Source: Candidatus Latescibacterota bacterium
GTDB lineage: Bacteria > Latescibacterota > UBA2968 > UBA8231
NCBI GenBank assembly: GCA_965223905.1
Contig: CBDCXV010000011.1
Span: 608,001-672,000, forward strand
Direction: 5' to 3'
Length of the DNA: 64,000 bases
Shown here: positions 29,857 to 37,614 of the stretch, one piece after another
Layout of the letters: each line of letters starts with the position of its first letter
How positions within the stretch are numbered: position 1 is the stretch's first letter
Program-made: the position numbers and the translations under genes
The notes under the pieces: model-generated
The model's input: only the letters and a program-made list of their open reading frames with translations
Database searches by the model: none
What the model was told of the DNA's origin: nothing

Positions 29857-30594
29857 TCATCTCGATTCCGGGGTATTGAGGGGCCAGCCGCGGGTATCGA
29901 TGTGGATCCAGGGGTTTGCACGGCCCTCGATCGTCAGCGACGCCGGCTCGAGGAAGCTGACGTCGAGAAATTTCGCCAGGTTGAAGAGGTCCTGGGCGGC
30001 CTGCTGCGACGGGGCGCGTATGTCGACCGCGTCTCCGTACATGTGGCGGCTGAACAGGGCGCCGCCGATTTCCGCGTTGTACTCCGGACTGCGGAAGGTC
30101 GAGGAAAGCACCAGAGGCCCCCCCCATGCATAGCGCAGCTCCTGGGCGTAGAAGGCGATCTCGGGATCGACGTAGATGCTGAGATCTCCGTTGCGCTCGG
30201 GAATCCGGACGTACTCTACCAGCTTGAAATTTTCACTCACTTGTTGCTGTCGCAGCGCTTGGGAAAGGGTCTCGACATCGATGAAAAACTCGACCGGCCG
30301 GTAGTGGACTCGGCGCTCCCTGCCGAACGGAAAGAGGCCGCCCTCCTCGTCGGGGTAGGACTCGGTCAGTGGACCGTTCCCGGACAGGCCCTCCAGTCTC
30401 AGGCCGCTGGGAAAAATCACGCGGTCGGAGTAGGGAGGATCGGACGGTCCGATCACGGGGCGGCTCCCATCGGTGGCATCGCTTGAGCGCGTCCGCACCT
30501 CCTCGAGCGAGTCGACCAATCTGCCTTTTCCCTGGTCGCACGCCGCGGCGGCGAGGGCTGCAGCGCAGAGTGCGGCCGCGGCCGAGGCGTTCAC
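29857..30594 (-). CDS. Peptidase M15 family (D-Ala-D-Ala carboxypeptidase-like) lipoprotein
   Basis: Lipobox-like AAAA-C; SSTFRSPEYNAEIGG, SRHMYGDAVDI (SxHxxGxAxD), WIHID. Confidence 0.82.
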   Translation of the reverse strand: MNASAAAALCAAALAAAACDQGKGRLVDSLEEVRTRSSDATDGSRPVIGPSDPPYSDRVIFPSGLRLEGLSGNGPLTESYPDEEGGLFPFGRERRVHYRPVEFFIDVETLSQALRQQQVSENFKLVEYVRIPERNGDLSIYVDPEIAFYAQELRYAWGGPLVLSSTFRSPEYNAEIGGALFSRHMYGDAVDIRAPSQQAAQDLFNLAKFLDVSFLEPASLTIEGRANPWIHIDTRGWPLNTPESR

Positions 30595-30598
30595 AATG

Positions 30599-31495
30599 CT
30601 ACTTACCCTCGAGCACCTTGATCGCTCGGCTGGCCATGAAGCGCACGCCGGAGTCCTCGTCCCATACGGCGAGCTTGCGCAGCACCGGCCTCGCCGCCGG
30701 GTTCCCCAGCTCGCCGAGGGCCATTGCGGCGTGCTTGCGAACGTGCTGGTTGTCGCTGCCCGTGAACTCGATCAACCTGTCGTACGCCCTGGCGGCGCGC
30801 AGCCTGCCGAGGCCGACCATGGCGGCGTTCACCACCGAGTAGCTGGTGTCGTCGAGGGCTTCCAACAGGGAAGCGACCGCAGTGGTGTCGCCGATCTCGC
30901 CGAGGGCGTGTGCCGCTCCCATGCGGACCCAGGAATCCCGGTGCCGCAGCTGTTCGGCAACCGCGCCGATCTCAGCGCTCGCCTTGAGCTTGCCGAGGGC
31001 ATCGAGGGCGCGCAGCACCACCGACGGATCGGCGTCCCCGAGAAGGGCGGCAAGTGGTTTTTCCGCCCTTGGGCCGAAGCTCAGCAGCGCCAACTCGAAG
31101 TCGATCCGCTCCTCCCCGCCGCGCCGTTGGAAGAGCAGGACCAGCAGCGGAATGACGGTGGTGTCCCCTGCGGCGACCCCGCGGTTGATCGCGGCCCTGA
31201 CGGCCGCGGTGTTGGCTGGATTTCCGTACTCCCCGGCGAGAAAGGCCGGATCGCGGGAAAACAGGTGCCGCGCCAGAAGCTGGCGCACGGAGTCGGAGGA
31301 CGAAGGGCTCAGAAACAGGCGGCGGAACTCCGAATTGGAATCGAGCGGCCTCTTCTTTCCGTCAGCGCCGGGGGGCGCGGAACTCGCCGCTCCCTGCGCA
31401 GCCTCGGCCGCGGGCTTCCCGCCTTCGTCCGTTCCCTCCCTGCAGCCTCCGCAGACGACCGACAGGAGCGAAATCAGCAGCAGGGCCTCCCCCAT
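30599..31495 (-). CDS. HEAT (PBS-lyase-type) repeat lipoprotein
   Basis: Hydrophobic N-terminus ending CGG-C; repeats VVLRALDALGKL, VRMGAAHALGEIG, VVNAAMVGLGRL, VRKHAAMALGELG. Confidence 0.8.
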   Translation of the reverse strand: MGEALLLISLLSVVCGGCREGTDEGGKPAAEAAQGAASSAPPGADGKKRPLDSNSEFRRLFLSPSSSDSVRQLLARHLFSRDPAFLAGEYGNPANTAAVRAAINRGVAAGDTTVIPLLVLLFQRRGGEERIDFELALLSFGPRAEKPLAALLGDADPSVVLRALDALGKLKASAEIGAVAEQLRHRDSWVRMGAAHALGEIGDTTAVASLLEALDDTSYSVVNAAMVGLGRLRAARAYDRLIEFTGSDNQHVRKHAAMALGELGNPAARPVLRKLAVWDEDSGVRFMASRAIKVLEGK

Positions 31496-31610
31496 CTTCG
31501 AGGGTGGGATCGCGGTCCCGGCCGTTTCTTGACCGCCTGCCGGACCGGCCCTAGGCTTGGCTCCGCTCAGAAAGCCCTTGTTCGCGCACACACTCACCAA
31601 GATACCCACT

Positions 31611-33059
31611 ATGGCCAGGAAAAAGCTCAATCTGCTGTTCTTCGGCGTCGACAGCCTGCGCGCCGACCACATGAGTTGCTACGGGTACGAGCGCCTGACG
31701 ACTCCCCACATCGACCGGCTCGCCTCGCAGGGAGTCCTCTTCGAGCGCAACTACGCCCCCCACATACCGACCACCTCGGCCTATACTTCGATGCTCAGCG
31801 GGCGCGACTGCTTCTCGACGACGGTGGTCGCCCTGCGCCACAAGACCGAGGTGCCCGCCGACGTTCTGACCCTTCCCCGGATACTCGGCGAGCACGGGTA
31901 CAACACCACCGGCGTCGGCTGCGGGGGCAATGTCGGCATGCGCGGCTTCGACAGCTACCTCGAGTACGCAGGCTGGGGCAGCTGGGCGGAGGGACGCAGC
32001 CCCAAGGCGGAGAATCTCAACGAAGTCGCGGTCCCGGAGCTCGAGCGCCTCGCCGCCGCGGGGAAGCCGTTCTTTCTCTTCCTGCGGCACATGGATCCGC
32101 ACGCTCCTTACCTGCCTCCCGCCCCTTTCGAGCGCCTGTTCTACAGCGGCGACGAGCTCGACGCGGACAACAAATCGATGGAACCGGTCTGGGCTTTCAA
32201 GCCGTTTCGCGACTTCTTCGCCGAGTGGATGCCCCCCGGCCTGACGGACGCCGAATACGCCGTCGCCCAGTACGACGGCGCCCTCGCCTACATGGACGCC
32301 TGTATCCAGCGCCTCCTGACCCGTCTCGACGAGCTGGGACTGCGGGACGACACCCTGGTGATATTCAACGGCGATCACGGCGAGACCCTCTACGAGCACG
32401 AGTGCTGGTTCGATCACCACGGCCTCTACGAGAACACCTTGCACGTGCCGCTGATCATGCGCCTTCCCGGACGCCTCCCTGCCGGCCGCAGGGTTTCCGG
32501 GTTCTCGCTGCACCAGGATCTCATGCCCACGATCCTGAAGCTGCTGGGAATCCCGGCGCGCAGAATCCCGTTCGACGGCACCTCGTTGCTGCCGCTGATC
32601 ACGGGAGAACGGTCCTCGAACTACTCGGATTTCTACATCACCGAGTGCACCTGGATGCGCAAGCACGGGTGGCGCACCCCGGAATGGAAGCTGATCCAGG
32701 CGCTTGAGCCCGACTTCCACTTCAAACCGGAGCTCGAGCTCTACAATCTCGTGCGCGACCCCCTTGAGCTCGAAAATCTAGCCGACAAGGAGCCGGACAT
32801 CGTCGCCACCCTGCGCGGCAGGATGGAGGGCTGGGTGGCCAGAAGGGAGCGCGAGACCGGGCGCACCAATCCCATGTACACCAACCTCGAGTGGCACGGA
32901 ACCGACAATCCGGGTCCATTCGAGAGCTCACAGCAGGCGTACGACACCCTCCATATCGGCTCGGTCAAGGCTGCCGACCGCCTGCAGGCGGGAAAGCGCC
33001 GCACCGCCAGGAGCAAGGGAAAGCGGAAAAAAGCGGGCTCCCGCTCATCGGGTGGCTAA
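31611..33059 (+). CDS. Sulfatase-like hydrolase (alkaline phosphatase superfamily)
   Basis: NLLFFGVDSLRADH, TPHIDRLA, PFFLFLRHMDPHAPY, DDTLVIFNGDHGE, ELYNL..DP.E. Active-site segment is PTTSAYTSMLSG. Confidence 0.85.
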   Translation: MARKKLNLLFFGVDSLRADHMSCYGYERLTTPHIDRLASQGVLFERNYAPHIPTTSAYTSMLSGRDCFSTTVVALRHKTEVPADVLTLPRILGEHGYNTTGVGCGGNVGMRGFDSYLEYAGWGSWAEGRSPKAENLNEVAVPELERLAAAGKPFFLFLRHMDPHAPYLPPAPFERLFYSGDELDADNKSMEPVWAFKPFRDFFAEWMPPGLTDAEYAVAQYDGALAYMDACIQRLLTRLDELGLRDDTLVIFNGDHGETLYEHECWFDHHGLYENTLHVPLIMRLPGRLPAGRRVSGFSLHQDLMPTILKLLGIPARRIPFDGTSLLPLITGERSSNYSDFYITECTWMRKHGWRTPEWKLIQALEPDFHFKPELELYNLVRDPLELENLADKEPDIVATLRGRMEGWVARRERETGRTNPMYTNLEWHGTDNPGPFESSQQAYDTLHIGSVKAADRLQAGKRRTARSKGKRKKAGSRSSGG

Positions 33060-33061
33060 GC

Positions 33062-33142
33062 TGCATCCGGGAAGAGCAGGTAGGCGGAACTCCCCCTGAT
33101 CCTGGGTGCCGCATTCAGGGTCCGTTTGCTCTTCGGACGCGG
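33062..33142. terminator. Long imperfect hairpin between convergent genes (terminator or REP-like)
   Basis: tccg..gaagagca..gcgga..ccctga pairs with tcaggg-tccg..tgctcttc-gga across ~80 nt. No clear U-tract. Confidence 0.4.
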
Positions 33143-33174
33143 TGAAACCGCGACGGTTCTGCGGGAGAAACCCT

Positions 33175-34308
33175 CTACTGGCTGGCGGCGAAGTCGCGCA
33201 TGAAATCGGCGAGGGCCCGGCAACCCTCTTCCGTCATGCCGTTGTAGAGCGAGGCGCGCAGCCCCCCCACGGAGCGGTGGCCCTGCAGCCCGACGAATCC
33301 CTGCTGTCCGGCCGCAGTTGAAAAGCGGCTCCGCAGCCGCGGGTCCGAGAGGTCGAAGGTGACGTTCATCGCCGACCGCGAGGAAGGCTCGGCGAAGCCC
33401 CGGTACACAGGATTGCCGTCGATGACGTCGTAGAGGATGCGCGCCTTGCGGTTGTTGCGCATTTCCGCGGCATGGAGGCCGCCGGACTCCTCCAGCCATC
33501 CGAGGACGAGATCGAGCACGAACACGGCGAACACCGGGGGGGTGTTGTAGAGAGAGACGGTGCCGGCATGGGTCGAATACCGGAAAATCGCCGGTATCGA
33601 GTCCTCCTCCCTCGAAAGGAGGTCGCGGCGCACAAAAACCAGCGTGCACCCGGCGACTCCGCCGTTCTTCTGGGTGCCGCCGTAGGCCACTCCGACCCGC
33701 TCCCAGGAGAAGGGCCGCGCCAGCAGGTCCGAGGTGAGGTCGACGGCCAGCGGAACCTCGCCGCTGTCGGGGTAACCGCGGTACTGGGTGCCGACGATGG
33801 TGTTGTTGCTGGTCAGGTGGAGGTACTCTGCGTCGGCATCGAGGCGGAGAGAGTCCTGCCCCGGGATGTAGCTGTATCCCCTGTCGGCGCTCGAAGCGGC
33901 GATCCGCGTCTTCCTGCCGAGACGCGCGGCCTCGGCCTCGGCCTTCCGCGACCAGGAGCCGGTATCGATATAGTTGGCCGAGCACCCCCGGCGCAGCAGG
34001 TTCATCGGCACCATGGCGAACTGCTGCGAGGCCCCTCCCCCCAGGAGCAGTACTTCGATGCCGTCCGGGATCCCGTAGAGCGCGCGGCAACGCGCCAGGG
34101 CCCGGTGGTGGATCTCCTCGTACTCCGGGCTGCGGTGGCTGATCTCGACGATCGAAAGGCCGTCGGGACTGGCGGCGAAGTGGTCCCCTACCTGCTCCCT
34201 GACAGGTTTCGGCAGCAGCGCCGGACCCGGGGAGAAGTTATAGCTGCTAGGCTCCCCGGCATCGGCCCTGCCGCCCTCCATCGCCGCGAGCGGTTCCGCG
34301 CTCGTCAC
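33175..34308 (-). CDS. serC: Phosphoserine aminotransferase
   Basis: YNFSPGPALLP, EISHRS, GGASQQF, TGSWS, SNNTIVG, GTQKN (PLP Lys), YNTPP, GHRSVGGLRASLYN. Start at GTG 34308 (coupled) or ATG 34281. Confidence 0.94.
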   Translation of the reverse strand: MTSAEPLAAMEGGRADAGEPSSYNFSPGPALLPKPVREQVGDHFAASPDGLSIVEISHRSPEYEEIHHRALARCRALYGIPDGIEVLLLGGGASQQFAMVPMNLLRRGCSANYIDTGSWSRKAEAEAARLGRKTRIAASSADRGYSYIPGQDSLRLDADAEYLHLTSNNTIVGTQYRGYPDSGEVPLAVDLTSDLLARPFSWERVGVAYGGTQKNGGVAGCTLVFVRRDLLSREEDSIPAIFRYSTHAGTVSLYNTPPVFAVFVLDLVLGWLEESGGLHAAEMRNNRKARILYDVIDGNPVYRGFAEPSSRSAMNVTFDLSDPRLRSRFSTAAGQQGFVGLQGHRSVGGLRASLYNGMTEEGCRALADFMRDFAASQ

Positions 34309-34649
34309 ACGTGTTCCTGAAGGTCGAAGACCTGCTCCATCAGGGCCCACCACTCCCCTTCCTTTGCCTCCGGCACGCGCTCCTGGAAGGTCCTCATCAG
34401 TTCGTCCCATTCCGCGGCCTTGGGATTCTGCTCGATGTAGCGTGGAAAGTCGACGTCGGGTTCGAACTCGTCGACAGCCGTCATGTACATGAACATGCGG
34501 CGGCCGAGAAGGAAGATTTTCATGTCGGTGATGCCGACCTCCCCCAGTCCCTGGAGTGGCTCGGGCCAGGGGTTTCGGTGGTACTCCTTGTATTTCTCAA
34601 TGGTCCCGGCATCGTCGACGAGATTGAGGGTCAGGGCGTATACCTTCAC
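34305..34649 (-). CDS. L-rhamnose mutarotase family protein
   Basis: EKYKEYHRNPWPE, GITDMKIF, WDELM, W..MEQVFDL. Confidence 0.85.
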   Translation of the reverse strand: MKVYALTLNLVDDAGTIEKYKEYHRNPWPEPLQGLGEVGITDMKIFLLGRRMFMYMTAVDEFEPDVDFPRYIEQNPKAAEWDELMRTFQERVPEAKEGEWWALMEQVFDLQEHV

Positions 34650-34698
34650 GATTCAGCTCCGTTTCAGCTCTTGCCTGACAGCGGCGATTGTAGCGCGC

Positions 34699-35385
34699 CT
34701 AGTGAGAGAGGAGGTGGGCGGGCAGGTGGTCGGCGCGGTTCATGTACTCGACCACGACCCCGTCGTCGAAGTCGATTCTCGTGATCGCGGTGTTCTCGTG
34801 GTGGTACTGCAGACCCCAACTCGGCAGGTGATTCGCCAGCGCCTTTATCAGGGCGCTCATGAAATCGCCGTGCGACACGACCCCTACCCGCAACGGCTCG
34901 CTGGAACGGGAGGTGAGCTCCGCGGCCGCGGCCAGGGCCCTGCCGCGCCCCTCTCCCGGGGTTTCCTTGCCGCCCAGCCACCAGCCGCGATTCCCGATAC
35001 CATCGCACGCGAAACCGGAAAACCGACCGGCGATCTCCTCCCGGGTGCAACCCGGGAAACCTGTGGCCGTGCCGTCATCGTTGTCGAGGAAGATCCCCCC
35101 GATCTCGTGAACGTCGGTCCGGACCTGGGGGGTCAACCCCAGGGCCCGGGCGATCGGTTCGGCTGTCTGCAGAGCCCTGATCATCGGGCTGCAGCAGAGC
35201 ACGTCGAGTTTCGGTCCGCTGTCGCGCTCGGATTCCCTAAGGTGGCCTCCGGCGGCGAGGTGGGCGGCGGCGAGCCGTGCCTGCTCTACACCCAGTTCCG
35301 TCAGTTCCGGATCGGCGACTCGAGCGGTGACGTCTTTCAGGGCGTTGTTGAACGATTGTCCGTGGCGGATCAGGAACAGCTTCAT
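34699..35385 (-). CDS. Histidine phosphatase (phosphoglycerate mutase-like) family protein
   Basis: LFLIRHGQS, LTELGVEQA, SPMIRALQTA, VVSHGD, NTAIT. Confidence 0.88.
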   Translation of the reverse strand: MKLFLIRHGQSFNNALKDVTARVADPELTELGVEQARLAAAHLAAGGHLRESERDSGPKLDVLCCSPMIRALQTAEPIARALGLTPQVRTDVHEIGGIFLDNDDGTATGFPGCTREEIAGRFSGFACDGIGNRGWWLGGKETPGEGRGRALAAAAELTSRSSEPLRVGVVSHGDFMSALIKALANHLPSWGLQYHHENTAITRIDFDDGVVVEYMNRADHLPAHLLSH

Positions 35386-35402
35386 GCAGTCGCGTCGGAT
35401 GC

Positions 35403-35431
35403 TTGACACCCGGATTGGGCAAATCTACAAT
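35403..35431 (+). promoter_or_regulatory. Sigma70-type promoter upstream of pepA
   Basis: TTGACA (35403-35408), 17-nt spacer, TACAAT (35426-35431). Confidence 0.65.
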
Positions 35432-35496
35432 CCCCGCCTTCCGCGGCGGGAAATTGCGATTCAATTGACCATGTAGAACGAAAAGTAAGAACGAAA

Positions 35497-36996
35497 ATGA
35501 ATATTACTGTAACGCGTGGTGAAATTCAAAAGCGCAAGGAGCCAGCGCTGATCCTCAACCTGTTCGAGGGCGTCGAGCGGCCGGGAGGAGCCACCGGCGC
35601 CGTCGACCGGGAGATCGGGGGGCTGATCAGCAGGGCGGTTGCCGACGGGGATTTCGCCGGCAAGAAGAACGAGACCTTGTTGCTGTACACCCATGGCCGC
35701 ATCGAGGCGCCCCGCGTCCTCGTCGTCGGACTCGGCAGGAAGGAATCGTTCGACGCAGAGACCGCGCGCCAGGCCGCGGGAACCGCGGCAGCGGCGCTTC
35801 AGGACCTCCGGGTCGAGAGAGCGGCGACCATACTCCACGGCGCAGGCGAGGCCGGACTCGACGTCGAGGAGGCGGCCCAGGCGGTCGCCGAGGCGAGCAT
35901 CCTCGCCTGTTACCGCTTCGACCAGTACCGGACCCGGGAAATAAAGGCCTCGCGGCTGCGCGCCCTCGCCATCGTCGAGTTCGACCAGTCGAAGCTCGCC
36001 GCGGCCCGCCGCGGAAACAGGACAGGCCGCGCCATTGCAGAAGCCGCTTCCCTCGCCCGCGACCTCGCCAACCACCCAGGCAACACCGCAACCCCGACCT
36101 ACCTGGCGAGCATCGCCCGCAGGATCGCGCGCAACCGCAGCCTGCGCTGCCAGGTTCTCGACGAAACCGGCATGCGCCGGCTGGGCATGGGGGCGCTGTT
36201 GGGGGTGACCCGCGGCAGCAGCGAACCTGCGCGGTTCATCGTCCTGGAGCACAACGGCTCCAAGGCCGGAAAACCTCTGGTTTTCGTCGGCAAGGGGGTG
36301 ACCTTCGACAGCGGCGGCATTTCACTGAAGCCGGGCGACCGCATGGGCGACATGAAGTTCGACATGTCCGGAGCCGCGGCGGTGATCGGGGCGATGCAGG
36401 CGGTTTCCGACCTCGACCTTCCCCATCACATCGTCGGCCTGGTGCCGGCGACGGAGAACCTCCCGGGAGGCAGAGCGTTCAAGCCCGGGGACGTCCTGAA
36501 GACGATCACGGGGAAAACCATAGAGATCGACAACACCGACGCCGAGGGGCGGCTCATCCTCGCCGATGCACTCGGGTATGCGCGCCGGCTGAAACCGGCC
36601 GCCATCGTCGATCTGGCGACCCTGACCGGTGCTTGCGTCGTCGCCCTGGGATCGCACGCCGCGGGCATGCTCGGTAACGACGAGGAACTCAAGGAGAAGG
36701 TGCTGAGAGCGGGGGAAGAGACCGGTGAGCGCGTCTGGCCGCTGCCGCTGTGGCCGGAGTACCGCGATCAGATCAAGAGCCCGGTCGCCGACATGAAGAA
36801 CACCGGCGGGCGCTCCGGGGGGGCCATCACCGCAGCGGCCCTCCTGCAGGAGTTTGTCGATTCCCCCTGGGTCCATCTCGATATCGCCGGCACCGCCTGG
36901 ACCACCCGGACAAAACCCTACATACCCAAGGGGGGCGTCGGCTTCGGGGTCCGCCTGCTGACCCGGCTCGCCAGGGACTGGAAGCAATCGGGATAG
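35497..36996 (+). CDS. pepA: Leucyl aminopeptidase (M17)
   Basis: VGKGVTFDSGGISLKP, MKFDMSGAA, NTDAEGRLILAD, DLATLTGA, WVHLDIAG. Confidence 0.95.
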   Translation: MNITVTRGEIQKRKEPALILNLFEGVERPGGATGAVDREIGGLISRAVADGDFAGKKNETLLLYTHGRIEAPRVLVVGLGRKESFDAETARQAAGTAAAALQDLRVERAATILHGAGEAGLDVEEAAQAVAEASILACYRFDQYRTREIKASRLRALAIVEFDQSKLAAARRGNRTGRAIAEAASLARDLANHPGNTATPTYLASIARRIARNRSLRCQVLDETGMRRLGMGALLGVTRGSSEPARFIVLEHNGSKAGKPLVFVGKGVTFDSGGISLKPGDRMGDMKFDMSGAAAVIGAMQAVSDLDLPHHIVGLVPATENLPGGRAFKPGDVLKTITGKTIEIDNTDAEGRLILADALGYARRLKPAAIVDLATLTGACVVALGSHAAGMLGNDEELKEKVLRAGEETGERVWPLPLWPEYRDQIKSPVADMKNTGGRSGGAITAAALLQEFVDSPWVHLDIAGTAWTTRTKPYIPKGGVGFGVRLLTRLARDWKQSG

Positions 36997-37029
36997 CGCC
37001 CCGGCCCCTGCCGCTTCCAGCCGGATGCG

Positions 37030-37563
37030 ATGATCCTTTCCGACGCCGCCATTCGCGACCTGCTCTCCACCGGAGAGTTGGGGGTCGATCCCCACACCCC
37101 GGACCAGATCCAGCCCGCTTCCATCGACCTGCGCCTCAGCGATCACTTCCTCAAGGTGGACGAGAACCGCCTCGAAGTGATGCGGCTCGATCAGGAGATC
37201 ACCTACCAGGAGCTGCACCAGGAGGAAATCGTGATACCGCCGCACTCCTTCCTGCTGGCGGGGACCCTCGAGTCGATCCGGCTGCCCGACAACCTGACCG
37301 CCTTCGTCGAGGGGCGCAGCTCCATCGGCCGCATCGGCCTCTTCATCCAGAATGCCGGCTGGGTCGATCCCGGTTTCTCCGGCACCCTGACCCTGGAGCT
37401 GTTCAACGCCAACAGGCTGCCGATTCGCCTGCGCAGCGGCAGGCGCATCTGCCAGCTGGTGTTCGCCCGGCTCGACCGCTCCGCCTCCAACCCCTACAGC
37501 GGCAAGTATCAATTCCAGACCAGGGCCACCGGCAGCCGCATCGCCCTGGACCGCGACAGATAA
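37030..37563 (+). CDS. dcd: dCTP deaminase
   Basis: MILSD, IQPASIDLRL, VEGRSSIGR, AGWVDPGFSGTLTLE, ICQLVF, YSGKYQ. Confidence 0.93.
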   Translation: MILSDAAIRDLLSTGELGVDPHTPDQIQPASIDLRLSDHFLKVDENRLEVMRLDQEITYQELHQEEIVIPPHSFLLAGTLESIRLPDNLTAFVEGRSSIGRIGLFIQNAGWVDPGFSGTLTLELFNANRLPIRLRSGRRICQLVFARLDRSASNPYSGKYQFQTRATGSRIALDRDR

Positions 37564-37614
37564 GCACCTGGACCGGCGTTTTTCCGCGGGGACACCGCCG
37601 CTCCCGCAAGCGCA

